A DNA stretch of 62,363 bases, from the NCBI GenBank assembly GCA_964650255.1, contig CAZYQT010000002.1, positions 24,540 to 86,902 on the forward strand, written 5' to 3'. Below the pieces are notes generated by a model. The model searched no databases and was not told where the DNA came from. It worked only from the letters and a program-made list of their open reading frames with translations. Origin of the DNA: an uncultured Candidatus Saccharibacteria bacterium (GTDB taxonomy: Bacteria > Patescibacteriota > Doudnabacteria > UBA920). Below, piece by piece: positions 25,934 through 35,288 of this stretch (its first letter is position 1; each line of letters starts with the position of its first letter). Position numbers and translations under genes: made by a program.

Positions 25934-26962
25934 ATGAATCCTGTTTTTTATATTATCATCGTTTTACTAGTAGCCGGGTTCGGCATTCTTTTATATATGG
26001 TTTTTGCCTTAAAAAAAGCCGCCGAAAAACCAGCAGATAATGAATCTTTAAAAGTGATGATGGAGTGGATGCGGGACATTAAGTCCGGCACTGAGGCCAC
26101 AAAAGAGTCCATGGAAAAGTCTATTTCTGCAACAAACAAAGATATTAATGAACGGCTCGACAATGCCGCAAAGGTTATTGGTGCGTTGCAGGGTCGCCTA
26201 GGGGAAATGTCGCAAATTGGTCCAGATATTCGCCGTTTGTCGGAAGTGTTAGCTAGTCCAAAAGCGCGCGGCAATTTTGGCGAAGAAATGTTGGAGAACA
26301 TGTTATCTCAAGTTTTAAATAAATCTGCTTACCGATCCCAATACAAATTTAAAAATGGGGAAGTAGTAGATATGGCTGTGTTTGTGGGCGAGAAAATCCT
26401 GCCCGTGGACAGTAAGTTCTCTATGGAAAACTTCCGGCTTTATAAAGAAGCGAAAGAGGATGATGCTGCGGAAAATTTAAAAAAAGCTTTTTTGCGCGAT
26501 ATCCGTAAGCGCATTGATGAAATTCACAAGAAATACATCCTCCCCCAAGAGAATACTTTTGATTTTGCTTTAATGTACATTCCATCTGAAGGAGTTTTTC
26601 ACGAAGCTTTGGAAGATACTGCTACAGTTGAATACGCACGTAACAAAAAAGTGTACATGGTTAGTCCGAACACTCTATACCACCACTTGCAAATTATTCT
26701 TATTGCCTTACGGGGACAACAAGTAAATGAAGTAGCTGAGAAGTTGCTTCACATGGTTGCAGGTATTCAGCAGGAGTCAGATAAATTTGGGCGCAACTTA
26801 GGCGTGCTCTCTAATCACATCAAAAATGCAGGTAACACTATGGGAACCGTGGCAAATGATTTTGTGAAGCTGCAAAGCAATATCAAAAATGCGGCCACAC
26901 TGCAAATGGAGCAAGCTGAGGTTGCAGAATTGACTGCTGAGGAAACAGGAGAACTTCTATGA
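25934..26962 (+). CDS. rmuC: DNA recombination protein RmuC
   Basis: N-terminal TM, a coiled coil, then KARGNFGEEMLENML...VDSKF...MYIPSEGVF, typical of RmuC. ATG 25934 is preferred over the ORF opening at 25910. Confidence 0.85.
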   Translation: MNPVFYIIIVLLVAGFGILLYMVFALKKAAEKPADNESLKVMMEWMRDIKSGTEATKESMEKSISATNKDINERLDNAAKVIGALQGRLGEMSQIGPDIRRLSEVLASPKARGNFGEEMLENMLSQVLNKSAYRSQYKFKNGEVVDMAVFVGEKILPVDSKFSMENFRLYKEAKEDDAAENLKKAFLRDIRKRIDEIHKKYILPQENTFDFALMYIPSEGVFHEALEDTATVEYARNKKVYMVSPNTLYHHLQIILIALRGQQVNEVAEKLLHMVAGIQQESDKFGRNLGVLSNHIKNAGNTMGTVANDFVKLQSNIKNAATLQMEQAEVAELTAEETGELL

Positions 26963-27192
26963 ACGGGTGGGCCACAAGAGATAAAATTGGGACAGTTCTA
27001 ATCGCGGGCAGTTTGATTAGCTTATTACTTATTTTTAGCTGGGCTATGTTTGAAAAGAATGCAATTTCTATCATTCTAGGCATGTCTATACTTGGAATTG
27101 TTATTTTAAAAAGATGGAAATATAGAATTATATGGTTTTTTGCCCTAATAATTGAATTGTTCGTATTAATTACTGCTGCAAGCAGTGTATAA
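26959..27192 (+). CDS. Small membrane protein
   Basis: 77 aa, three hydrophobic segments, ATGA overlap with rmuC. Confidence 0.4.
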   Translation: MNGWATRDKIGTVLIAGSLISLLLIFSWAMFEKNAISIILGMSILGIVILKRWKYRIIWFFALIIELFVLITAASSV

Positions 27193-27210
27193 AATATTTA
27201 TTGAATATAA

Positions 27211-27525
27211 ATGACTGATCTTAAAAAACTCCAAAAACGGATATACGAAAACAAAGTTAAACAAGGATTTAATGTCACGGATATTCCTGTTGAGTTCTGT
27301 TACATATACGAAGAATTAGCAGAAGCTTACCGTGCTTATCGTAAAGAGTTGCCAGATTTAGCCGAAGAGCTCGCGGATGTAACAATTTATCTTTTAGGAC
27401 TTGCTGAAATCTTAAAGATCGATCTGGAAAAAGAAGTGCTGGCAAAAGTAGCCAAGAATGAAAAAAGAAAATATAAAACTGTGAGTAACATTAATAACGT
27501 CCGTATTAAGGAAGGTAAAAAATAA
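27211..27525 (+). CDS. MazG-like nucleotide pyrophosphohydrolase (small all-alpha NTP-PPase)
   Basis: EELAEAYRAY...LAEELADVTIYLLGLAEILKIDLE is the EExxE/D metal-binding helix pair. Confidence 0.7.
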   Translation: MTDLKKLQKRIYENKVKQGFNVTDIPVEFCYIYEELAEAYRAYRKELPDLAEELADVTIYLLGLAEILKIDLEKEVLAKVAKNEKRKYKTVSNINNVRIKEGKK

Positions 27526-28104
27526 ATGTCTATAAGAAACCCGGACCAACGCGTAGGAATATTCGTTGATGTCCAAAACTTGTATTACAGCGCGCGCAAC
27601 ATTTACAGCGCTCGTGTGAACTTTAACGAAGTGCTTAAAGAAGCACTGGGTAATCGCAAGCTTATCCGCGCGATTGCTTACGTTGTTAAGGCAGATATGC
27701 CTGAAGAACAAAGCTTTTTTGAAGCACTCGAGAAGGCTGGCTTTGAAGTCAAAACCAAAGACCTGCAAACCTTTGCAGGTGGCAACCAAAAAGGGGATTG
27801 GGATGTAGGTATTGCCATGGATATTATCAAGCAGATGAACAAGCTCGACGTAGTTGTACTCGCTAGTGGTGACGGCGACTTTGCGCCGCTCTTAGAATAT
27901 TTGCAAATGACAGGCCAACTTACTGAAACAGTGGCTTTTGGAAAATCTACTAGCTCAAAGATTAAAGAACTGACCGATTACTTCATTGATCTCGATGAAG
28001 ATCCGCGCCGCTTCCTAATGGCTATTAAGGGTGGTCGAGCTGGTGGTAGAACACCTGGTCGCCCTCAAGGCCGAGCTCCGATTCGTAAAACCACAAAAAG
28101 ATAA
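27526..28104 (+). CDS. NYN-domain (LabA/DUF88-like) putative RNase with Arg/Gly-rich tail
   Basis: VGIFVDVQNLYYSAR ... VVLASGDGDFAPLLEYLQ. The C-terminus is GGRAGGRTPGRPQGRAPIRKTTKR. Confidence 0.8.
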   Translation: MSIRNPDQRVGIFVDVQNLYYSARNIYSARVNFNEVLKEALGNRKLIRAIAYVVKADMPEEQSFFEALEKAGFEVKTKDLQTFAGGNQKGDWDVGIAMDIIKQMNKLDVVVLASGDGDFAPLLEYLQMTGQLTETVAFGKSTSSKIKELTDYFIDLDEDPRRFLMAIKGGRAGGRTPGRPQGRAPIRKTTKR

Positions 28105-28117
28105 TTTAGAACACAGA

Positions 28118-28564
28118 ATGAAAGTAGTTTTGGATACCAATGTTATTATTGATGGCATCAAAGATGAGCACTCTTACGAAAAGCAAATTATTGATGCAGT
28201 CCGCAATGGCGAGATAGAAGCGTACGCCAATCATCAAACTGTTCAGGAGAACAAGTTAATCATGCGCCGCTTGATTGATAACCCTGAATACGAAAGCGAG
28301 ATTAACGATTTAATGGCGCAAATTAATCATGTGGTGAATCGGCATCAGATTAATATTGTGCGCGATCCGGAAGATAATAAAATTTTAGAAAGCGCAGTGG
28401 AGGCGGGCGCGGAATACTTAATTACTCGCGACAACGATTTGCTGAGTTTGGAAAAGTATCAGAATGCAGAGATTGTAAATCCTTCGCAATTCTGGGTGCG
28501 CTACAAAGATGAAGGCAATGATCTCTGGAAACAGTGGGCCGGTTTTTTTTCGGGAAAAGAATAG
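28118..28564 (+). CDS. PIN-domain protein (putative toxin-type ribonuclease)
   Basis: MKVVLDTNVIIDG...DNKILESAVEAGAEYLITRDNDLL. ATG 28118 was chosen, since the listed ORF opening (28031) overlaps the NYN gene. Confidence 0.75.
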   Translation: MKVVLDTNVIIDGIKDEHSYEKQIIDAVRNGEIEAYANHQTVQENKLIMRRLIDNPEYESEINDLMAQINHVVNRHQINIVRDPEDNKILESAVEAGAEYLITRDNDLLSLEKYQNAEIVNPSQFWVRYKDEGNDLWKQWAGFFSGKE

Positions 28565-28574
28565 GTAAAATTAA

Positions 28575-28593
28575 AACGGGTCAGGGACCCGTT
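28575..28593. terminator. Hairpin between convergent genes
   Basis: AACGGGTC-agg-GACCCGTT. No clear U-run. Confidence 0.35.
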
Positions 28594-28619
28594 AATCTAT
28601 CCAGATTAATCTATCCAGT
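28592..28619. repeat. Tandem 14-nt duplication TTAATCTATCCAG(A/T) x2
   Basis: Copies at 28592-28605 and 28606-28619. The second copy contains the stop and last four codons of the minus-strand gene. Confidence 0.6.
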
Positions 28620-29022
28620 AAGACTCTTGTTTATATTTGTCACACTTTGCAAAGACTATCAGATAAGGGGCTTTCCCATTTCTTCTTACTTCGTTATCAA
28701 GCGGATTAGGAATAAGAAAGAAACAGTCAGCCTCCAGAGCGTCCATTGCTCTTAATCTGCTTTCTGAAATTTCCATATATCCATCTTTGTTAATAGTACT
28801 AATATCAAACAAGATTGGCATTGGGAATGTAAAAAGTTCATTCTCTATAGGTGAAGTCAATACACCCTGCTCTGCATCGCTCGCTAAATCAGAATCACCT
28901 AAGCAAATTGCACTTCCGCCTTTACCAACTCTAACATCATATAAGCGCTTTAATCTTTTCTTTCGCATTTTCTCCTCCAACCAAATTGAGTAATAACTGA
29001 TTATACCAGACAAACTTTTCAT
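28606..29022 (-). CDS. Hypothetical protein
   Basis: The minus ORF is open to 29142, but that portion overlaps uvrD. The first internal Met (CAT at 29020-29022) gives 138 aa. No domain recognised, and the start is uncertain (alternative Met at 28968). Confidence 0.4.
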   Translation of the reverse strand: MKSLSGIISYYSIWLEEKMRKKRLKRLYDVRVGKGGSAICLGDSDLASDAEQGVLTSPIENELFTFPMPILFDISTINKDGYMEISESRLRAMDALEADCFFLIPNPLDNEVRRNGKAPYLIVFAKCDKYKQESYWID

Positions 29023-31960
29023 GTCAACCCTCCTCGAAAACCTAAACGAACAACAACTCAAGGCCGTCACGCATACTGACGGTCCGTTGTTAATTGTGGC
29101 TGGTGCGGGCACAGGGAAGACTACGGTTATTACCAGGCGCATTGCTTATCTGATTGAGCAAAAGCTGGCTAAACCAGAACAGATTTTGGCTTTAACTTTT
29201 ACTGATAAAGCTGCCGGTGAAATGGAAGAACGGGCTGACCAACTCGTACCTTTGGGCGTTCACGACTTTTGGATTTCCACTTTCCACAGTTTTTGTGAGC
29301 GCATTATTAAACAACATGGCATCGACATTGGTCTCTCTAATGACTTCCAGCTTTTAGATAAAACTCGACAGTGGATTTTTCTTTATAAAAATTTTGATAA
29401 ATTTAATCTCGACTACTATCGCCCCCTAGGCAGTCCAAATAAGTTTATTGATTCTCTGCTGGATCATTTTTCAAAGTGCAAAGACGAACTAATAACTCCC
29501 GAGGATTATTTAAAATACGCAGAAGACTCAAAACTAAGTGGCGGGGATGCGCAACTACCAATTGGCACTGATGACGAAAGTATTATTGAAATAAAACGCA
29601 TCGAAGAACTGGCGAATGCATATCATACTTACCAAAAACTTTTGCTCGACAACGAGTATATGGATTTTGGAGACCTAATTCACTACTGCATTGTACTGTT
29701 CAAAAAGCGACCGAATTTACTGAAGTACTATCAGGAGCAGTTCAAGTTCATCATGGTAGATGAATTTCAAGATACCAATGTTGCGCAATACGAACTCATC
29801 AAACTTTTGACCGGTGAAAAACAAAACCTAGTGGTAGTAGGGGATGATGACCAGTCGATTTACAAATTCCGCGGGGCATCAGTTTCAAATATTTTAAAAA
29901 TTAAAGAAGATTTTCCCACCATAGAAAGCCTAACTTTGATAGACAACTACCGAAGCTCACAGGAGATTTTAGATTTAGCTTACGAATTCATTCAAAACAA
30001 CAATCCTAATCGGCTCGAAACAAAACTAAAAATAGACAAACGTCTTAAAGGACACAACAAAGATAAGAGCGAAATTCAAGTTATAGAAGGTAAAGACTTA
30101 AGCGAAGAACTAAATTTGGTAGCGGACAAGGCAATGGCCTTGAAGGATCAGTTTCCAGATTGTACTTGGAATGATTTTTGCATTTTGACCCGCTCCAATG
30201 CCGCAGCCAGTGAACTTATTCCGTTACTGGAGGCCAAACAAGTACCGTACAACTTTGTAGCTAATAGAGGTCTGTACAAAAAACCATTGATCGCTGACAT
30301 TATTAACTACTTGAAACTTTTGGATAACTATCATGAGTCGAGTTCGCTTTACCGAGTCTTAAATTTTCCAAAGTTCCAACTCGGGGCCATAGATTTAGCG
30401 CATCTTACTCAATCCACAAACCGCAAAACTATTTCTCTGTACGAATCAATTCAAAACCAGGAAGCCCTTGCTCAATTGAGTGAGACATCAAAAACTAAAT
30501 TGACCGAACTCCTAACACTTCTGGAAAAACACACAAAAGAAGTAGCGGAAAAATCAGCCGTGGAATTGTTCGTTGAACTGGTCAATGACTTGGGTATTGA
30601 TGAGATGCTCACAGCAGATACGCTTGAAAATGCTCAAAATCGCGAACTATTAGAGCAATTTTACAAAGTAGTGGAAAACTATGCCCAAGAGGCGGAAGAT
30701 CGCACCATGCGGGGATTTTTGCACGAGCTGACCCTTGAACTCAAAGCTGGGGAAGAGGGAGCCATTAAATTTGATCCGAACAGTGGCCCAGAAAGTTTGA
30801 AAGTCATGACCATTCACAGCGCCAAGGGATTGGAATTTAAATTTACTTTCATAATTAACATGGTTGACCAGCGCTTCCCAACTCGTGCCCAGCGAGATGC
30901 AATTGAATTACCGACTCCATTAATTAAAGATATTTTACCTGAAGGGGATTTTCATTTGCAGGAAGAACGTCGGCTTTTTTATGTAGCCCTAACTCGCGCC
31001 AAAACGCATCTCTATCTGTCTTGGGGGTTGGACTACGGCGGAGCTAAACTAAAAAAACCTTCTCTATTCTTGCAAGAAACTAATTTAGTACCAAGCGAGA
31101 CCACCCACAAAGCCACCGGTAAAGTTGTATTTAATAAATCTAAGCCAGGCAGAAAAAAAGTTGTGTACCAACAACTCCCAGAAAATTTTTCCTTTTCCCA
31201 AATCTCCACGTTCTTAAATTGTCCTCAGGAGTACAAATATCGATACTATTTGCGCTTGCCATTGCCTGGGAATCATCACCTAAGTTTTGGCTCAACCATT
31301 CATACGGTACTCCAAAAATACATGGAGGATTATTTACGACGGTCCACTGCCCCACAGCAAGATTTATTTACCAAAGAGGCACTGGTTGAATTGCCCCCAA
31401 AGCAGTTGCTTACCGAACTTTACGAAAAAGAATGGATTGATGATTGGTATGAAGACAAGAAACAAAAAGAACTTTACCGAGCCCGCGGCACAGAAATTTT
31501 AGAAAAATTTTATCAAAAAACAGTAAATCAAAAAGATAACCTTCACCCAAAATACATTGAAGAATCTTTTTCAATGAAGCTAGGGGACAAGCAGCAATAC
31601 ACTTTTAATGGAAAAATTGACCGCGCAGATCTTGGTGAAAAGGGCCTGCAAATTATTGACTACAAAACCTCGGAAAAAGTTCCAAGCAAAACCTCTGGCA
31701 CAGACTTGGATCAATTGCGTATATATCAATGGGCTGCGGAAGAATATTTCCACGAGCCTGTAGAAAGTTTGCAGTATTGGTATTTACACCCTAATGAAGT
31801 GGTGGCGGATCCTTTAGGAAAGCCAGAAGATATTGCGGCGCTCAAAGAAAAACTTTTTGAAACAATTGAACAAATTCGTGATGCTGTAAAATACGACAAA
31901 TTCGCCAGCCTGCACAAAAAAGCCAAACGTCACAATTGCAACTACTCTAATCTGTTATAA
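29021..31960 (+). CDS. UvrD/PcrA-family helicase fused to a C-terminal PD-(D/E)XK (RecB/Cas4-like) nuclease
   Basis: Helicase motifs AGAGTGKT, DEFQDTN, VGDDDQSIYKFRGA, TIHSAKGLEF and LFYVALTRAK. The C-terminal FSQISTFLNCPQEY...GKIDRADL...QIIDYKTS...QLRIYQ is a RecB-type nuclease core. Confidence 0.9.
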   Translation: MSTLLENLNEQQLKAVTHTDGPLLIVAGAGTGKTTVITRRIAYLIEQKLAKPEQILALTFTDKAAGEMEERADQLVPLGVHDFWISTFHSFCERIIKQHGIDIGLSNDFQLLDKTRQWIFLYKNFDKFNLDYYRPLGSPNKFIDSLLDHFSKCKDELITPEDYLKYAEDSKLSGGDAQLPIGTDDESIIEIKRIEELANAYHTYQKLLLDNEYMDFGDLIHYCIVLFKKRPNLLKYYQEQFKFIMVDEFQDTNVAQYELIKLLTGEKQNLVVVGDDDQSIYKFRGASVSNILKIKEDFPTIESLTLIDNYRSSQEILDLAYEFIQNNNPNRLETKLKIDKRLKGHNKDKSEIQVIEGKDLSEELNLVADKAMALKDQFPDCTWNDFCILTRSNAAASELIPLLEAKQVPYNFVANRGLYKKPLIADIINYLKLLDNYHESSSLYRVLNFPKFQLGAIDLAHLTQSTNRKTISLYESIQNQEALAQLSETSKTKLTELLTLLEKHTKEVAEKSAVELFVELVNDLGIDEMLTADTLENAQNRELLEQFYKVVENYAQEAEDRTMRGFLHELTLELKAGEEGAIKFDPNSGPESLKVMTIHSAKGLEFKFTFIINMVDQRFPTRAQRDAIELPTPLIKDILPEGDFHLQEERRLFYVALTRAKTHLYLSWGLDYGGAKLKKPSLFLQETNLVPSETTHKATGKVVFNKSKPGRKKVVYQQLPENFSFSQISTFLNCPQEYKYRYYLRLPLPGNHHLSFGSTIHTVLQKYMEDYLRRSTAPQQDLFTKEALVELPPKQLLTELYEKEWIDDWYEDKKQKELYRARGTEILEKFYQKTVNQKDNLHPKYIEESFSMKLGDKQQYTFNGKIDRADLGEKGLQIIDYKTSEKVPSKTSGTDLDQLRIYQWAAEEYFHEPVESLQYWYLHPNEVVADPLGKPEDIAALKEKLFETIEQIRDAVKYDKFASLHKKAKRHNCNYSNLL

Positions 31961-31961
31961 T
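31953..31961 (+). promoter_or_regulatory. Extended -10 (TGtTATAAT), leaderless-type spacing to dedA
   Basis: Overlaps the helicase stop codon and ends 6 nt before ATG 31968. Confidence 0.5.
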
Positions 31962-31967
31962 TTAGTA

Positions 31968-32618
31968 ATGCCACATTTTGATTTAGTTGAATTAATTAAA
32001 GCTTTTGGGTATTTAGGCCTATTTGGGATTGTTTTTGCAGAAACCGGCCTTTTGATAGGGTTTTTCTTACCTGGCGACAGCCTCCTATTCACAGCTGGGA
32101 TTTTAGCAGCTCAAGGGTACTTAGATATAAGCCTCTTACTTGCCGTGCTCGCAGGGGCCGCCATTATAGGTGATAGCGTCGGATACACTATTGGTAAAAG
32201 GCTTGGGCCAAAAGTTTTCTCAAAAGAAGAATCTCTGCTGTTCAAAAAAAGTCATTTAGTAAAAGCAGAGAAATTTTTCGACAAGCACGGGCCAAAAACT
32301 ATTATCATTGCTAGATTCGTCCCGATTATTAGAACTTTTGTGCCAACTCTAGCTGGGGTTGGTAAAATGAGTTATGCAAAATTTCTTAGCTACAATATTT
32401 TTGGTGGCATTCTTTGGGTTGTATCGGTCACGCTCATTGGTTATTACCTAGGACTCAAAGTTGATAACGTTGAAAAGTACATCATTCCTGGTGTTGTAAT
32501 TATCATCTTATTATCGATATCACCGTATATTAAAAAATTTATTACTGACAAAGAGTTGCGCATGCAGACCTACAAAGCCTTACGCCAAGCATTTCCTAAA
32601 AATAAATCTAACGATTAA
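31968..32618 (+). CDS. DedA/VTT-family membrane protein
   Basis: FAETGLLIGFFLPGDSLLFTAG ... IIIARFVPIIRTFVPTLAGVGKM. Confidence 0.85.
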   Translation: MPHFDLVELIKAFGYLGLFGIVFAETGLLIGFFLPGDSLLFTAGILAAQGYLDISLLLAVLAGAAIIGDSVGYTIGKRLGPKVFSKEESLLFKKSHLVKAEKFFDKHGPKTIIIARFVPIIRTFVPTLAGVGKMSYAKFLSYNIFGGILWVVSVTLIGYYLGLKVDNVEKYIIPGVVIIILLSISPYIKKFITDKELRMQTYKALRQAFPKNKSND

Positions 32619-32627
32619 CTTTAAGCC

Positions 32628-33020
32628 ATGGCTAAAAACGCAAAAAACTACGAAGAGCGACCCTGGGGAAACTTTACTGTGTTATCGGAGTTACAAAACC
32701 AAGGTGGCCATAAAGACGTAATTATTAAACGACTAGAAGTCCGCCCGGGTAAACGCCTATCATACCAACAACACGACTTACGTCACGAACACTGGTTTGC
32801 GGTTTCTGGTAGCGGTTTAGCAGTGATTAACGACGAAGAAATTCCTCTCAAAGAAGGGGAGTCTGTTCAAATCAATATCGGCGACAAACACCGCTTAGAC
32901 AACCGCAATGGAACAGAGCCTCTGATTGTAATAGAAGTCATAACGGGTGAATTTGATGAATACGACAACCACCGGCTAGAAGATGATTTTCAGCGCGACT
33001 CAACGTGGCGAAATAACTAG
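32628..33020 (+). CDS. Cupin protein (type II phosphomannose-isomerase C-terminal-like)
   Basis: RPWGNFTVL...K.LEVRPGKRLSYQQH..RHEHWF..SG...V......GESV.I..G.KHRL.N. Confidence 0.7.
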   Translation: MAKNAKNYEERPWGNFTVLSELQNQGGHKDVIIKRLEVRPGKRLSYQQHDLRHEHWFAVSGSGLAVINDEEIPLKEGESVQINIGDKHRLDNRNGTEPLIVIEVITGEFDEYDNHRLEDDFQRDSTWRNN

Positions 33021-33038
33021 TCGCTAGAGCCGTAAATG

Positions 33039-33047
33039 TGGTATACT
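33039..33047 (+). promoter_or_regulatory. Extended -10 (TGgTATACT)
   Basis: Ends 9 nt before ATG 33057. No SD. Confidence 0.4.
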
Positions 33048-33056
33048 TAATGCGAT

Positions 33057-33425
33057 ATGCACCACACTACGCGCAACTATTTTCTTCCAATTATTATTGG
33101 CACTGCGCTATCCATAGCTGCATTTCTCTCAATCTTATGGTTTGTTGACCCATTCACTTCTGGTCGCATTCCACACGTATTCTTTTACCTAACACTATTC
33201 CTGTCTTTAACCGGATTAATGACTTTAATAGGGGCTTGGGCTCGTAAAACTATGGCCCCGGGCATGTTTACCGAACAGCTACGTATCAGTTTTCGCCAGG
33301 CCATTCTGTTATCGTTACTAATCTTAGCCTTGTTGATCTTACAAGTTCTGAGTCTACTGTTTTGGTGGGTGGGAGTATCAATAATTCTGTTTATAATCAC
33401 TTTAGAAATATTTTTGAACGCTTAA
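33057..33425 (+). CDS. Membrane protein (4 TM)
   Basis: 122-aa hydrophobic ORF. Confidence 0.5.
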   Translation: MHHTTRNYFLPIIIGTALSIAAFLSILWFVDPFTSGRIPHVFFYLTLFLSLTGLMTLIGAWARKTMAPGMFTEQLRISFRQAILLSLLILALLILQVLSLLFWWVGVSIILFIITLEIFLNA

Positions 33426-33431
33426 AATAAA

Positions 33432-34853
33432 ATGCCCGACCCGGAACCACAATCAGCTTTTTTTAACGTAATGCCCGATGCGGCATCATCAAAAAAGGCG
33501 GGGACATTTCCTCGCAAAGTTGACTCCACAAAAACGGAGGCTGTTTTTGGCTCAAACAAATTTACTCCTACCGTCGCGTCATCACCAACTGCTAACAACA
33601 TCACTTTAAGGTATAGAAAACCAGGGCTGTTAAATCGCAAAATTCTTTTATTTCCTTTAGTGCTCCTATTAGCGGCTGGCCTAGCTGTTCCTGGTTGGTT
33701 AATTTACAAAGCTAAACATAAAACGGAAACTCCGCCACCGGCAGAGGAGAAAACCACTGAAGAAGATAAACCTGCTCCCGATGTAACTACACCAGCAAGC
33801 TGGTTGAATACCTACTTCGGGTCAGAGACCTGTGTCAACAAAAATAAGTGTGCCGACGCTTCAGACCCAGACTACGATGGATTCTCGAACAAAGATGAGT
33901 ATACCGAAGGAACGGATCCAAACAATCCTGATAGTGACATTGATGGGATTGCTGATGGCGACGAATTTCATATTTTTGAAACAGACCCGCTGCTTACCCA
34001 AACCTATCATGAAGGCGATTATGGAGATCGTGATTTCGTAAAAGGTGGTTATGATATACACACCAACGCTGCATACAGCCCTGAACAACTTGCTGAACTC
34101 AAAGCTAAAATCAAAGAAAAGGGATTACATCAACCAACCCTTACCACTCTTGGACCCGATGCATTAACTCTTTACGAATTCCAGGACCCGGAGACTGCAG
34201 TTCTGGAAAGCTTGAATGTTGACCAATCACCACAGGCCAAGTTAGAGCGTGACACCCAAAGACAATCGACTATCAAAAAAATAGGGGGAGCACTATTAAA
34301 GTATCGCGAGTCAAAAAAATCTTTTCCTAGCACCAACGATTTCATTGCCATGAGCGATGCAATTAGGTCTTTTAATACTGTAGCAACAAATTACAACGAT
34401 CCGATCAATAAAGATAAATATGTTTACGGTTATGTCCCTTCAAACAATAACTTAAACTTTACTCTAACTTACTACAGCGAAACACAAAGCCAGTTAATTA
34501 AATACACAGCTAAAGATGCGGAAGACAACGCCGCAAAGGAAGGGTCGGAACTTGAAAACCAGCAAAGAATAACAGACCTAGAAAGCATTAAGAGTGCCTT
34601 ACTGATTTACTCAGCCACCTATGTTGACTCAAACAGCGATAAGCTTTACGTGTTCCCGCCCAAATCACAATATCCAGACATATTGGTACAAAATCGCTAC
34701 TTAACTGCCATGCCGAAGGATCCAAATGGGTCTGATTACCTTTACGAGGTAAACGCTACTTTTGATTCGTTCACCATCAAAGCCATATTTGCAAACCCAC
34801 CCACCGGCATAACAGGATACATGTGTACAGAACAAGAATGTAAAAACTATTAA
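33432..34853 (+). CDS. Membrane-anchored extracellular protein with thrombospondin-type-3-like Ca-binding repeats
   Basis: One TM, then DPDYDGFSNKDEYTEGTDPNNPDSDIDGIADGDE. In the C-terminal half, the segment KIGGALLKYRESKKSFPS is reminiscent of pilin-like globular domains, which is a weak signal. Confidence 0.5.
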   Translation: MPDPEPQSAFFNVMPDAASSKKAGTFPRKVDSTKTEAVFGSNKFTPTVASSPTANNITLRYRKPGLLNRKILLFPLVLLLAAGLAVPGWLIYKAKHKTETPPPAEEKTTEEDKPAPDVTTPASWLNTYFGSETCVNKNKCADASDPDYDGFSNKDEYTEGTDPNNPDSDIDGIADGDEFHIFETDPLLTQTYHEGDYGDRDFVKGGYDIHTNAAYSPEQLAELKAKIKEKGLHQPTLTTLGPDALTLYEFQDPETAVLESLNVDQSPQAKLERDTQRQSTIKKIGGALLKYRESKKSFPSTNDFIAMSDAIRSFNTVATNYNDPINKDKYVYGYVPSNNNLNFTLTYYSETQSQLIKYTAKDAEDNAAKEGSELENQQRITDLESIKSALLIYSATYVDSNSDKLYVFPPKSQYPDILVQNRYLTAMPKDPNGSDYLYEVNATFDSFTIKAIFANPPTGITGYMCTEQECKNY

Positions 34854-34860
34854 CACCGCC

Positions 34861-35277
34861 ATGCTTGACTTCCTAAACAAATTTTTCTCCAAAGCCAAGC
34901 GCAGACCGCATGTCCCCCAATCCGGACACATTATTGCTGCGAAGGTCACAAAAATCGAACCCCACCCAAATGCGGATCGCCTGCGGGTTATTACCTTAAC
35001 TGATGGCGTTCGTTCAATTACTCCAGTAGTTTGCGGCGCATATAATTTTGAAGTTGGGGATATAGTTGCTTTGGCTCTACCCGAAGCAACAATTGCTAGG
35101 GACATTCATTCGGAAGGGCATGAACCTTTTACTTTGGGCACAGCAAAGATTCGCGGGATCGAAAGTCAAGGAATGATCTGTGCAGAGTTTGAAATGGGTT
35201 TAACCGAAGAGCTTTCTGATAAACCGGAAATTCTGGTCTTGCCTAAAGAAACAAAAATTGGTACGATTCTGCAATAA
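34861..35277 (+). CDS. Stand-alone tRNA-binding domain protein (PheT B2 / EMAP-fold)
   Basis: HPNADRLRVITL..G....VVCGAYNFEVGDIVALALPEA......KIRGIESQGMICAEFEMGL...EILVLP...IG parallels the N-terminal B2 domain of the bacterial PheRS beta subunit. Confidence 0.8.
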   Translation: MLDFLNKFFSKAKRRPHVPQSGHIIAAKVTKIEPHPNADRLRVITLTDGVRSITPVVCGAYNFEVGDIVALALPEATIARDIHSEGHEPFTLGTAKIRGIESQGMICAEFEMGLTEELSDKPEILVLPKETKIGTILQ

Positions 35278-35288
35278 CCCTTACGAAT

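Noticed and set aside
21832-25950. A direct repeat of the tRNA-Asp 3' end that would mark the far boundary of the integrase element.
   Set aside because: I found none by eye in the intergenic regions at 23.9, 24.7, 25.2 or 25.8 kb. Serine integrases need only a 2-bp crossover, so absence is uninformative. I therefore assigned no boundary.
28031-28117. N-terminal 29 codons of the listed PIN ORF, overlapping the NYN gene.
   Set aside because: This is a non-ATG opening inside the NYN coding region. The PIN domain characteristically begins at M-K-V-V-L-D-T-N, which corresponds to ATG 28118.
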